Assembly (NCBI GenBank): GCA_963823665.1
Contig: CAWGMQ010000011.1
Location: 896,001-960,000 of the forward strand
DNA length: 64,000 nucleotides
Origin: an uncultured Planctomycetota bacterium
GTDB lineage: Bacteria; Planctomycetota; Planctomycetia; Isosphaerales; Isosphaeraceae
Direction: 5' to 3'
Shown here: positions 10,091 to 19,828 of the stretch, piece by piece
How positions within the stretch are numbered: position 1 is the stretch's first letter
Layout: each line of letters opens with the position of its first letter
Translations under genes and position numbers: made by a program
Notes under the pieces: model-generated
Told to the model about the DNA's origin: nothing
What the model saw: only the letters and a program-made list of their open reading frames with translations
Database searches by the model: none

Positions 10091-10657
10091 ATGCAAGTCG
10101 ATGGCAAAATGAGAATGTGCGGGACGAGTGACACCGCCTTTCGTGGCGTGCTTTATGGCTTGATGGCCGGCGCCGTGAGCGGACCGGTCGTGGTGATCGC
10201 ATGGATGTTCTCGTTAGATTTCTTGTATCCTGATACGGCATTCATGGCGACCGGCTTGGAGATGCCCGGGTCACTGGTCGTCGGCGCGATCCTGGGCGCA
10301 ATGGAGGGGCCGCTCCTCGGGTTACTATGGGCGATCAGACCACGACGATTGACGCTCTGGTGGCTGATGGTCGCGGTGGCAATGTTCGCGACGATACTTG
10401 GGCTGTTCAAGTTCAACCCGGTACTCGGACTTTTCGCGATTACGGTCCCGTTGATGATGGCCGTGCTGATGAGGATCATGGCGCAGGATTCCGCCGACCG
10501 CGCAGACCGACGAAGGAATGCGAATAGGATTCGATCCCGAGCCCCCGCCCACCGCGCGAAACGGAACAGAATCCGAAGTCGATCCCCAATCCATCGCGTG
10601 GCTCTACGAACGACGGGCGCGTTGGCAGAAGCCTCCGCGAACGGGCCGCGGGCCTGA
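10091..10657 (+). CDS. Hypothetical membrane protein
   Basis: About 4 hydrophobic helices, an RRLTLWWLMVAVA segment and a basic repeated tail. Confidence 0.55.
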   Translation: MQVDGKMRMCGTSDTAFRGVLYGLMAGAVSGPVVVIAWMFSLDFLYPDTAFMATGLEMPGSLVVGAILGAMEGPLLGLLWAIRPRRLTLWWLMVAVAMFATILGLFKFNPVLGLFAITVPLMMAVLMRIMAQDSADRADRRRNANRIRSRAPAHRAKRNRIRSRSPIHRVALRTTGALAEASANGPRA

Positions 10658-10762
10658 AGCCTGGAACGGGAATCGTGAAAACTGACGGGGGTAAGGCTGC
10701 GCACTGCGAAGGGTCACTCGCATGGGGGCGGGCCGGTGGCTTGGCGAAGGTCGGACGGCGGA

Positions 10763-12046
10763 TCAGATACCAAACATAGATGGCAGCGATTCGAAGTTCG
10801 GAATCCCACCCTCCTCGATCACTTTGATCCATCGCGTGAGAGGTGCTCCGCCCCGGTTCCAGTGCGCCGCACATTCTCGAAAGTAATCCAGCACACACGC
10901 TTTCTCGCCGTGTTCGAGGAGTTCCTTGGCCAGCGCGGTATTCGGGCCACGCGGAGGAAAAAACACGAGAAGCTCGCCGTCCAGCATTGTCGCGGCCGAC
11001 CTTAGCCGGGCCCTGGCTTGCTCGACGTCCCCTTCGGCCAGCGCCACGCGGCCCAAGATCGTGTGGCCCTGATGGATCGCGGTCCCTTTCATCCCAGCGC
11101 AGGAGAGCTTCGGCACCTGAGCCAACATCCGCTCACCGTAGGCGCGCGCTTTGCCAAGTTCGCCGGCGTCAAATGCGGCTTCCGCCAGGGCTGGAAGCAC
11201 GAACGCGGCCCAATTTGAGTCGGGCGACAGCGCCAGAACGCGCTCGTATTCAGCCAAACACATCGCGCCCCAATCCGGCGCATCTTGACGCGGCCGACGT
11301 CTCCTTCGCCTGGCAAAACAACGTCCAAGGCGCCACGACCACTCCGGATTCTCCGGCTCGATCACTTTGCAGAGACCGAAGAGTTCCTCGGATTTAAGTT
11401 CGTCGTGCAAACTGAAAAACTTTGCGGCGTTGCCGATGAGGCGTGAATCGCGAGGATTTGCTTCGACTTTTGCAAGCCACAAGCGTTTCGCCTGATCCAA
11501 GAAATCATGGCCCCAGCACGAAGCCACGAGAGGCGTACCGGCGACTCGAGCTCTTGGCATGACGTCGATCACCGACAGGACAAGCCGCTGCCAGGAGGTC
11601 TGAACCGCTTCGGAACGAGAGTGAGCGGAGAAGTAGACCCAGAGGACTAGCATCAGCGTCGCGAAGTCGGACGGGTCTTCGCGAATCCTGGCCTCGTGAC
11701 GTGGCAAGTCATCGACACTGAGAGATTTCGATAGCCGGAATAGGGCCTGTTCGGCTAACTCGTTGACTTTCGGCAAGGGGTCGTCGAGTGCCTTACGAAG
11801 CAGGCGTAGCGCATCATCGACGGCGGGGGGATGGTCCACCAAGTTGGTGGCCGTGGCCACGCGAGTTTGATCAACGCCGTCTTCCAGGTCGGCCAGCATT
11901 CGGGGGATATCCCACCACCGGCCCTCAAAAGGCTCTTTGGAGGCCTGCTGTGCCGGCTGGCCCTCGAGTAAAGCGAGTTTGCACCACGGGCACTCGCCGA
12001 AACGAATTTGCCGGTGGGTTGTTTCGCAGGCTGAATGAGTGCTCAT
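10763..12046 (-). CDS. Hypothetical HEAT/TPR-like helical repeat protein with N-terminal Cys/His cluster
   Basis: C..H..CPWC at the N-terminus, LLRKALDDP..V..LAEQAL (HEAT-like), LAEAAFDAGELGKARAY and LGRVALAEGDVEQA (TPR-like). Confidence 0.7.
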   Translation of the reverse strand: MSTHSACETTHRQIRFGECPWCKLALLEGQPAQQASKEPFEGRWWDIPRMLADLEDGVDQTRVATATNLVDHPPAVDDALRLLRKALDDPLPKVNELAEQALFRLSKSLSVDDLPRHEARIREDPSDFATLMLVLWVYFSAHSRSEAVQTSWQRLVLSVIDVMPRARVAGTPLVASCWGHDFLDQAKRLWLAKVEANPRDSRLIGNAAKFFSLHDELKSEELFGLCKVIEPENPEWSWRLGRCFARRRRRRPRQDAPDWGAMCLAEYERVLALSPDSNWAAFVLPALAEAAFDAGELGKARAYGERMLAQVPKLSCAGMKGTAIHQGHTILGRVALAEGDVEQARARLRSAATMLDGELLVFFPPRGPNTALAKELLEHGEKACVLDYFRECAAHWNRGGAPLTRWIKVIEEGGIPNFESLPSMFGI

Positions 12047-12112
12047 GCCGTCGCCCCGTTGAGAGTCGCCGCTCGCTTGGCGAAGGGACGTTCCGTTCCG
12101 CCGTTCTCCACA

Positions 12113-12688
12113 TCAACCGTGCCTGTTCCTCCCGATTTCACAGAGCATATCCGAATGAATGTTCAGCCCGATATTCGTCATGTTGTAAAGATGTTCGCTC
12201 GCAACCAGCCAGACGATCTCGCAGATCTCGCGCTCCGAGAAATGACTCGCCAGCCGTGCGAACGTGTCGGGGGAGACCTTTTTCTCCTTGGTGAGCTCGG
12301 TGGCGTAGTCGAGCGCCGCACGCTCGGCGGCGGTGAAAAGGGGGCTCGTGCGGTATTCCTCGAGCGCGTCGAACTTGGCCTGGTTCATCGACGCCTTGAT
12401 CGTAAACAAACGTCCAATGTCGATGCAGAAGAGGCAGACGTTGATCCTCGCGACCTGCTCGCGCAGGAGCAGCACGGTCTCAGCGGGCAGCACCAGTTTC
12501 TGGTCCAGTTTGGCGATCTTCGAATAGAAGAGGCCAAACGCGATCGGCAGCCGCGCGGCGTGTACCTTGAGCGGCGTGAGCACCTTGCCAAATTGCCGGC
12601 GAGTCATGGAGTACGCCAGCTTCATCATCAGACCGTGCGGTTTCTCGATGGGTGGAAGCAGCGGATCGGCTTGCAGGGAAACTGTCAT
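12113..12688 (-). CDS. Carboxymuconolactone decarboxylase / AhpD-family protein
   Basis: VARINVCLFCIDI (CxxC), FTAAERAALDYATELT, HFSEREICEI. AAAGAGG RBS. Confidence 0.88.
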   Translation of the reverse strand: MTVSLQADPLLPPIEKPHGLMMKLAYSMTRRQFGKVLTPLKVHAARLPIAFGLFYSKIAKLDQKLVLPAETVLLLREQVARINVCLFCIDIGRLFTIKASMNQAKFDALEEYRTSPLFTAAERAALDYATELTKEKKVSPDTFARLASHFSEREICEIVWLVASEHLYNMTNIGLNIHSDMLCEIGRNRHG

Positions 12689-12972
12689 GGTTGTTGACCT
12701 CTTTCGATACGCGTGCCTCGCTCGGTGGCGGGACTGAACGTGCCCTCACTCCTCGCGGACGGGATCTTTTAATCATTCTACCGATGAGTCCGTGTCGTCT
12801 GAACCGGATCCAACCGTGACGGCGCTCGCCACGATAGCTATCGATTGTTGCGTACAGGAGACCGGCGGCCGCCCCGAACGTGGCATGTTCGCGAATTCCC
12901 GGCGCCAACGGGCGAATATCCCCCGACGCGTTCGGCGCAGACCCGCATGCATCCTACGTTCCGATTGCGACG

Positions 12973-13026
12973 CTTCACGATTTCTTCACAATCTCAACAC
13001 GGCGCCAACATCGAGTTGGTTATGAT
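12973..13026 (+). promoter_or_regulatory. Pho-box-like 11-bp-phased direct repeats plus -10 element
   Basis: CTTCAC 12973, CTTCAC 12984, CAACAC 12995, CAACAT 13006 (period 11), then TATGAT at 13021-13026. Confidence 0.65.
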
Positions 13027-13096
13027 GGCTCAAACGCGAGAAGGGGGACGGAAGCAGCGGATAGAACATGCCCCACAGGGAGTGAGTGATCTCATC

Positions 13097-13804
13097 ATGG
13101 CCAAGCAGAAGATCCTGGTGATCGAGGACGAGCGGTCCCTGGTTGAAGTGCTGACCTGCAATCTCGAGCGAGAAGGCTTCGAGGTGATCGTCAGTTTTGA
13201 CGGCCCGGAGGGCCTGCGGCAGGCGCAGTTAAAGCTGCCGGACCTGGTTGTGCTGGACCTGATGCTGCCGCAGAAGAGCGGTCTCGATGTCTGCCGCGAG
13301 CTCAAGCAGGGGCAGCGCACACGCGACATCCCGATCATCATGGTCACGGCCAAGGCCGAAGAGTCAGACCAGCTCGTTGGCTTCGCCACCGGCGCTGACG
13401 ACTACGTCACCAAGCCGTACAGCGTGAAGATCCTGATCGAACGGATCAAGAAAGAGCTGCGCCGCCGCCAACTAAAGGACGAGCCGGTTGCGGGTGCATT
13501 GATCGAAAGCCAAGGTATCGTCATCGACCGCCACAGCCATCGTGCTTTCTATCGCGACGACGAGCTCACGCTCACGCCGACCGAATTCCGCCTGCTCGAG
13601 GTGATGCTTCGTCAGGTCGGCCGCGCGTTCACGCGTTTTGAGCTGATGGACGCGGCCATCGGTGAGGATGCCGTCGTTCTCGAGCGCACGATCGATGTGC
13701 ACATCAAGAGCCTCAGGAAGAAGCTCGGTGATGCGGGCGACCTCATCGAAACCGTCCGCGGCGTCGGATATCGGCTTCACGAGCCTCGGATGGTGAGTAT
13801 CTGA
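13097..13804 (+). CDS. OmpR/PhoB-family response regulator (PhoB-like)
   Basis: ILVIEDE, PDLVVLDLMLP, IPIIMVTAK, GADDYVTKP, LTPTEFRLL, RTIDVHIKSLRKKL, IETVRGVGY. Confidence 0.93.
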   Translation: MAKQKILVIEDERSLVEVLTCNLEREGFEVIVSFDGPEGLRQAQLKLPDLVVLDLMLPQKSGLDVCRELKQGQRTRDIPIIMVTAKAEESDQLVGFATGADDYVTKPYSVKILIERIKKELRRRQLKDEPVAGALIESQGIVIDRHSHRAFYRDDELTLTPTEFRLLEVMLRQVGRAFTRFELMDAAIGEDAVVLERTIDVHIKSLRKKLGDAGDLIETVRGVGYRLHEPRMVSI

Positions 13805-14024
13805 CGGGCGCTGCGTGACGCGGGCGGGGGCTCGCCAGGGCAGGCCTGGCGGGTTCCAGCTTCGGTCGCGGTTGATCGGCAAGGAGCTCGGCTCGTACCA
13901 CGGCCACTTCTCGGGGCGCGTCGATCCCAAGCCGCACCTGGCCGCCTTCCAACCGTACCACCGTCACGCAGATGTCGTCGCCGATATAGAGCTTTTCCAG
14001 GAGCTTTCGGGTCAGGACGAGCAT
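13743..14024 (-). CDS. csrA: Carbon storage regulator CsrA-family protein
   Basis: MLVLTRK..EKLYIGDDI.VTVV....GQVRLGIDAPREV.V.RAEL. GAGGA RBS. Confidence 0.92.
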   Translation of the reverse strand: MLVLTRKLLEKLYIGDDICVTVVRLEGGQVRLGIDAPREVAVVRAELLADQPRPKLEPARPALASPRPRHAAPVRYSPSEAREADIRRRGRFR

Positions 14025-14223
14025 GTGGTGCATCCTCATGGTGATTATCATTTTGGGGAGCATATCAGGAGTCTAGATCACGTCCGCGAATCATGGGCCG
14101 ATTTCCTTACCCAGTGAGGAAAATCATGCGGGTCTCTTCCGGTGACCGCTGGACTCATCGCGGTAAAATGGGACGATAGCCACCCTCGGGCAGAGGGGCT
14201 TTGTTCTCGTTTGCGAGGATGCG

Positions 14224-15270
14224 ATGTCAACGAGTCATCAAGAAGTGATCGTGATCGGGTCGGGTTCGGCGGGTTTGACCGCTGCGCTTTACGCCGCGCG
14301 CGCCAATCTGGCGCCGGTGGTGTTCGAAGGCAAGGAACCCGGCGGCCAGTTGACGCTGACGACGGCGGTCGACAACTTTCCCGGCTTCCCCGAAGGGATC
14401 ATGGGCCCTGAATTGATGGACCTCATGCGCAAGCAGGCCCAGCGGTTCGGCGCTGTAACCAAGTGGGAAACCGTCTTCGAGGTGGACCTTTCGAAGCGCC
14501 CGTTCCGAGTGCGAACCACCGACGACCCCAGCGGGGACGGGTCGAGCGGCACCATCAGCGACTACACAAGCTCGGCCGTCATCGTGGCCACTGGCGCCTC
14601 GGCGCGATGGCTCGGCAATGAAGGCCCGTTCCGCGGCAACGGGGTCAGCACCTGCGCTACCTGCGACGGGCACTTCTATCGCGGAAAGGAAATCGCCGTC
14701 GTCGGCGGGGGTGATTCGGCCGTCGAAGAGGCGACTTTCCTCACAAAATTCGCCACCAAGGTCACGCTCATTCACCGGCGCGACACGCTCCGCGCTTCCA
14801 AGATCATGCAGGACCGGGTGGCCAAGAACGCCAAGGTGGCTTATGCCTGGAACTCGGTCGTCGACGAGTTGATCGGCAACCAGCGGGACGGCCACCAGGT
14901 TCTCAGCGGCGTCAAACTGCGATCGACCAAAGACGATTCCGTGCGCGACCTCAAGCTCGACGGCCTGTTTCTCGCGATCGGTCATGTTCCCAACACCGAG
15001 ATCTTCAAAGGCCAGCTTGCCGCGACGCCCGAAGGCTACCTTCTCACCCGCACCGCACTCGCATGGCAAGGCGTCGAGGCACCGCAAGGACTCCTCGATC
15101 GCCTTCCAAATTACGGTACAGCCACAAATATCGAGGGCGTCTTCGCATGCGGCGACGTGGTCGATACGCACTACCGTCAGGCGATCACCGCCGCCGGCTC
15201 CGGCTGCGCCGCCGCCATGGACTGCGAAAAATGGCTCGAGGCGACCGGCTCCGCCGAGCCGACACATTAG
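14224..15270 (+). CDS. trxB: Thioredoxin-disulfide reductase
   Basis: IGSGSAGLTAALY, GGQL, NFPGF, CATCDG, VGGGDSAVEEA, GD..YRQAITAAG.GC.AA. Confidence 0.96.
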   Translation: MSTSHQEVIVIGSGSAGLTAALYAARANLAPVVFEGKEPGGQLTLTTAVDNFPGFPEGIMGPELMDLMRKQAQRFGAVTKWETVFEVDLSKRPFRVRTTDDPSGDGSSGTISDYTSSAVIVATGASARWLGNEGPFRGNGVSTCATCDGHFYRGKEIAVVGGGDSAVEEATFLTKFATKVTLIHRRDTLRASKIMQDRVAKNAKVAYAWNSVVDELIGNQRDGHQVLSGVKLRSTKDDSVRDLKLDGLFLAIGHVPNTEIFKGQLAATPEGYLLTRTALAWQGVEAPQGLLDRLPNYGTATNIEGVFACGDVVDTHYRQAITAAGSGCAAAMDCEKWLEATGSAEPTH

Positions 15271-15499
15271 CCTCCCGCTTCTCTCATTTTGACCTGGAAA
15301 TTGCCGTGCAGCCATTATATCATTCACGCAATCAACGATAGGTGATCACGAAGTCGTGGAACGACTTGGGCGACACCCCCTGAACTTTTGCGCGATCCAC
15401 GGTACAATTCTGGTGCCGGGGTCATGCGGTGGCGCGCCCTAATTGTGGCGCGTTGCGCACGGGTGCGTGAACGATCGGCTGGGAGAAGAGTAAGAAGGC

Positions 15500-17524
15500 A
15501 TGGAGAATCGACCGCCGCAACAAGAACCCCCGCGCCGGCCCCCGACGAACAACGTACGCAAGACCGACGGCTCGGGTGGGTCGCCGACTCCGCCGTGGCT
15601 GTGGCTGCTTCTCCTGGGCGGATTCGGCCTGATCTTCTATCAGTTCGTCCCGAAGGCGGAGACGTCGGTCGGCTACTATCCGTGGTTCTACGAGCAGGTC
15701 CAGAACGACAATATCAGGTCGATCCTGCCGCAGGGCACTGAGATCCGTGGCGAGCTGCGGAAGGAGCAGGACTACCAAAGCGCGCCCAATCAACAGCCGC
15801 AGAAGGTCAAACGGTTCTTTACCATTGCGCCCTCGGAGGCGTCGACCGAAACGATTCTTCAGACGCTCATTCAGCGCGACAAGAACCGGACGCCGGAGGA
15901 AAAGAAAGCCGGCGAGGGCGTGCGCATCGATCCTCAGCCGACGACATCGGCGACCGGTCTGTTGTGGATGATCGTCCTCTTCCCGGCGATCCTCCTCCTG
16001 GTTTTCCTTTACCTGTTTGTCAGGCGGGCTCGTGATCAGTTCGACGGTGGAATCCTCGGAAGCTTCGTCAAGAGCCCGGCGAAGCGGCATGACAAGTCGA
16101 AGCAGCGTACGACCTTCGACGAAGTGGCGGGCCTCGAGAACGCGAAGTCAGAGCTTCAGGAGATTGTCGAGTTCCTCAAGAGCCCCGAGAAATTCCAGCG
16201 GCTCGGCGGGCGCATACCCAAGGGCGTGCTGCTGAATGGTCCGCCGGGCACGGGCAAGACGCTCCTGGCCCGCGCCGTCGCCGGCGAGGCCGGAGTGCCG
16301 TTTTTCTCGATATCAGGCTCCGAGTTCATCCAGATGTTCGTCGGCGTCGGCGCCAGCCGGGTGCGCGACATGTTCAAAACGGCGAAGGAGAACAGCCCGT
16401 GCATCCTGTTCATCGACGAGATCGATGCCGTGGGGCGGATCCGCGGCGCTGGGCTCGGCGGCGGCCACGACGAACGCGAGCAGACGCTCAACCAGATCCT
16501 CACCGAGATGGACGGATTCTCTCCGAGTGAAAGTGTGATCGTGCTTGCCGCGACCAACCGTCCGGACGTTCTCGACCCTGCGCTATTGCGCCCCGGCCGG
16601 TTTGACCGGCACGTCACGGTCGACTTACCGACCAAGAAGGGGCGGCTGGAAATCCTCAAGGTGCATACCCGCAACACGCCATTGGCCGCCGACGTCGAGC
16701 TCGAATCGATCGCTCGCGGCACCGTCGGAATGAGCGGTGCCGACCTGGCGAACCTGGTGAACGAGGCCGCCCTTCTGGCCACGCGCGAAGACAAGGAAGC
16801 AATCGATTCACTCGACTTCGAAGCGGCCCGCGACAAGATCTTGATGGGAGCCAAGCGCGAAGATGTGATCACCGAGGCAGACAAGCGTGCGACCGCCTAC
16901 CACGAATCGGGCCACGCGCTGGTGGGCTGGCTCACGCCCAAGTCTGACCCGGTGCACAAGGTCACCATCATCCCCCGGGGCCGTGCCCTGGGATTGACCC
17001 AGTATCTCCCCGAAGAAGACCGCACCAGCTACAACGAGAGCCAGATCCAGGCCCGGCTTGACTCCTTGATGGGTGGCCGCGCAGCCGAGAAACTGATTTA
17101 CGAAGATCTGAGCACCGGCGCCGCGATGGATCTGGAAATGGCCACCCGGCTGGTGCGCAAGATGGTCACACAGTGGGGAATGAGCGACCGGGTTGGGCCG
17201 GTGTCGTTTCGGTCTGCCGCCGAGAACCCGTTCCTCGGCCGTGAGTTCACCGAGCCGCGCGACCATTCCGAGCACATGCAGCAGATCATCGACGAAGAAG
17301 TGGGACGGATATTGCGCCAGGCCGATGAGCGTGCGTTCCGTCTGCTGGAAGAACATCGCAACGAGCTCGAGCGCATCACCGAGGCCCTGGTCGAGCGCGA
17401 GGTCTTGACCGCCGCCGAAATCGAAGAGCTCGTCGGCAAGCGCATCACCGGCCTGAACAACGGCCCGCAGACCCCCAGGATTCGCGACACCGAGGTCGTC
17501 GCCTCGATCGACAACCCGTCATGA
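15500..17524 (+). CDS. ftsH: ATP-dependent zinc metalloprotease FtsH
   Basis: Two TM helices, [44 protein letters not shown]. Confidence 0.97.
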   Translation: MENRPPQQEPPRRPPTNNVRKTDGSGGSPTPPWLWLLLLGGFGLIFYQFVPKAETSVGYYPWFYEQVQNDNIRSILPQGTEIRGELRKEQDYQSAPNQQPQKVKRFFTIAPSEASTETILQTLIQRDKNRTPEEKKAGEGVRIDPQPTTSATGLLWMIVLFPAILLLVFLYLFVRRARDQFDGGILGSFVKSPAKRHDKSKQRTTFDEVAGLENAKSELQEIVEFLKSPEKFQRLGGRIPKGVLLNGPPGTGKTLLARAVAGEAGVPFFSISGSEFIQMFVGVGASRVRDMFKTAKENSPCILFIDEIDAVGRIRGAGLGGGHDEREQTLNQILTEMDGFSPSESVIVLAATNRPDVLDPALLRPGRFDRHVTVDLPTKKGRLEILKVHTRNTPLAADVELESIARGTVGMSGADLANLVNEAALLATREDKEAIDSLDFEAARDKILMGAKREDVITEADKRATAYHESGHALVGWLTPKSDPVHKVTIIPRGRALGLTQYLPEEDRTSYNESQIQARLDSLMGGRAAEKLIYEDLSTGAAMDLEMATRLVRKMVTQWGMSDRVGPVSFRSAAENPFLGREFTEPRDHSEHMQQIIDEEVGRILRQADERAFRLLEEHRNELERITEALVEREVLTAAEIEELVGKRITGLNNGPQTPRIRDTEVVASIDNPS

Positions 17525-17535
17525 CGTGACACGCT

Positions 17536-18519
17536 ATGACATCGCAACCCTCCCAAAAACCGCACCTCGCGCCGGTTGTCTGTGCTGGCCTGGTCGTAGC
17601 CGACCATCTCTGTCCGCCCATCTCCCACTTACCGCGGGCCGGCGAGCTGGTCACCGTCGATGAGCTGGTGCTCAACATCGGCGGCGGCGCCGCCAATACC
17701 GCCGTGGACCTGGCGCGGCTCGGCGTGCGCGCGGCCGTGCGTGCCCGTGTGGGCGACGACATCTTCGGCCGGTTCGCCACGGAAACACTTGAAGCGAACA
17801 ACGTTGATACCAGCGCGCTTTTGATCGACCGCGAACTGCCGACGAGCCAGACCTTGGTGGTGAACGTACGCGGCGAAGACCGGCGGTTCATCCACTGCGT
17901 TGGTGCCAATAGCGGCTTCGTCGCCGCCGATCTGGACGATGTCCTCAAAGCCCCGCCGCGGGTGCTGCACATCGGTTACTTTCTGATTCTCCCGCACCTG
18001 GAAGCCGCCCAACTGGCCGAGCGTTTTGCGCGGGCGCGCCTTTCAGGAACGATCACGCTGCTCGACGTGGCGACGCCGGGCCCTGGAAACTATCTCCAGC
18101 CGCTCAAGACCGTTCTGCCGCACACTGACATTTTCGTTCCCAACACCGATGAAGCCGAGCTGATCCTGGGAGAGAGCGACCCCGTTCGTCAGGCCCTGGC
18201 GTTTCACGAGATGGGCGCGCGCCGAGTGGTCATCACGCGGGGCGAGTATGGGGTGATTTCGGTTTCCGATGAGCTTCGCGTCAAGCTCGGCACCTATCCG
18301 ATCGCGTTCGTCGACGGTTCCGGCGGCGGCGACGCCTTCAACGCGGGCTACATCGTAGGCCTGATCGAAGGCCGGCCCGAGCTCGAATGCCTGAAGCTGG
18401 CCAGTGCAGTCGGGGCAAGCTGCGTGCGCGCCGTGGGCACGACGGCGGGGGTGTTCACGCGTGATGAGGCGGAAACGTTCGTGAGCAGGCATCAACTCGC
18501 TGTCGAAGCCATCGGCTGA
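17536..18519 (+). CDS. PfkB-family carbohydrate kinase
   Basis: GGGAANTA..LARLG, VGDD.FG, PN.DEA, VITRGEYG, DGSGGGDAF.AG. Confidence 0.92.
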   Translation: MTSQPSQKPHLAPVVCAGLVVADHLCPPISHLPRAGELVTVDELVLNIGGGAANTAVDLARLGVRAAVRARVGDDIFGRFATETLEANNVDTSALLIDRELPTSQTLVVNVRGEDRRFIHCVGANSGFVAADLDDVLKAPPRVLHIGYFLILPHLEAAQLAERFARARLSGTITLLDVATPGPGNYLQPLKTVLPHTDIFVPNTDEAELILGESDPVRQALAFHEMGARRVVITRGEYGVISVSDELRVKLGTYPIAFVDGSGGGDAFNAGYIVGLIEGRPELECLKLASAVGASCVRAVGTTAGVFTRDEAETFVSRHQLAVEAIG

Positions 18520-18533
18520 GCCAAGGCTCAGAT

Positions 18534-18890
18534 GTAGGACAGCCGCCCTCGGCTATCGGGGCGTCGGCGCCGGCAACAAGAGGTCCTTCAGAAGCCCGCG
18601 TGATGAAACTCGATGGGGATCACGGCGGCGTAAACACGGTCGTGAGACCGTGGTTCGGACGGGGAACCTCCAACCTCGCACGTCAGTGCGACGGCCGTGG
18701 AGGATCGGATCGGGCTCACGCCCGAGGCTGGAGGACTTGCGTCCCGTCCGAACCACGCACTTTCGTGCGTGGTCACCTGTTTCGCGCATGCCGCGCGTTC
18801 CTGTGCAACACCAAAACGCGCCAGCGAGGAGCGTGGCCCCACATTTGCAGTGTCGACCGCCCGCGTCCCTCGCTGGCGCGTCGGGTTAGT
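18534..18890. repeat. Cluster of three unrelated REP-like palindromic elements between convergent genes
   Basis: GTAG-GACAGCCG/CGGCTATC (18534-18557). 15-bp IR CGTGGTTCGGACGGG (18649-18663) / 18743-18757. 14-bp IR ACGCGCCAGCGAGG (18816-18829) / 18868-18881. Confidence 0.7.
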
Positions 18891-18964
18891 ATGTGCCGAT
18901 TTGTTCAACTTATTCTTCACCGGCTGCTTGAGTACGTTCGTCCCTGTCTGCCGTCGGCGTGCGC

Positions 18965-19387
18965 CTAAATATCAAGAATTACCTCCGCGACCCATCCCTG
19001 TGATTCCTTGCGCAAGCTCAATCCGTGCCGCGTCGCCGCCTTGACCTCGTGGTCGAGGATATGGCGCGTACGGTCGATCGGCTCGCCGCCGATGGACGCG
19101 GTCAAACGGCATGCCGGCTCGTCGACTTCGACGGAAAACGCGGAATACAACCGATGGCGGGTCTCGCACCGATAGATCAGCTCGTTCAGCCATTCGAGCA
19201 GTAGGTCTTCGAGTGACTCGCCCGCAAGCGGGACCTGCTCTGTCTCGATGGCGCGGACCTCGTCTCGATTGGAAACGATCACGTCAAACAGTCCGGCCGC
19301 TGCAGTCCGGAACAGGTCGGCCAGATCATCGGCAACGACTCGAAGCCCCAGGTCGGCGGTGTGGTCGAAGGTCTCGAATCGGCCCAT
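18965..19387 (-). CDS. Archease
   Basis: FDHTADLGL, DLLLEWLNELIY, EVKAATRH, VILDI C-terminus. Confidence 0.93.
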   Translation of the reverse strand: MGRFETFDHTADLGLRVVADDLADLFRTAAAGLFDVIVSNRDEVRAIETEQVPLAGESLEDLLLEWLNELIYRCETRHRLYSAFSVEVDEPACRLTASIGGEPIDRTRHILDHEVKAATRHGLSLRKESQGWVAEVILDI

Positions 19388-19482
19388 GAATCAGCCTTGC
19401 GGAGACAGGGGTGGCTTGCGATCGGGCCGGCGCGGCGCGTGGAGCGCGGGCGTCGGCTACGAAGCGCGTCTCGGTGCATCCG

Positions 19483-19683
19483 TTAAGCGGTTTGCTTGCG
19501 GGCAAGGAGCGCCCGGACTTCCGGAACGAGTTCCGCCGGGATGGCCATCAGCGTGATATCGTCGGCCTCACGCGACGCCTCGATGTCGGCAAACTCCTCA
19601 TCCTCGGTTTGGTTTTGGTACTTGGTGATCAACTCCTGCACGCGCTTCTCATTCCAGCCAGGCGGGAATTTCTGGTCTTTCAC
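19483..19683 (-). CDS. Small hypothetical, antitoxin-like protein
   Basis: AGGA RBS, GTG 19683: MKDQKFPPGWNEKRVQELITKYQNQTEDEEFADIEA..MAIPAELVPEVRALLA. Confidence 0.6.
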   Translation of the reverse strand: MKDQKFPPGWNEKRVQELITKYQNQTEDEEFADIEASREADDITLMAIPAELVPEVRALLARKQTA

Positions 19684-19828
19684 TTTGGTTTCCTGCTTTG
19701 TCGACGTCGGAAGGCTTTCTTGGCCTTCAGAACCTTGATTCTGCTCGTCCCGCGCGTATGGTAATGGAGCAGCACTCGCCTGCGACCCGAACGACAAGTA
19801 TAAAGCTTTTTTCAAGGATTCACCCCCC

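Noticed and set aside
12794..12821. ECF41-type promoter upstream of the CMD/AhpD gene (minus strand CGTCACG-17-CGAC)
   Set aside because: The context fits, but there are three mismatches to TGTCACA/CGTC in GC-rich DNA, so it is too weak to call.
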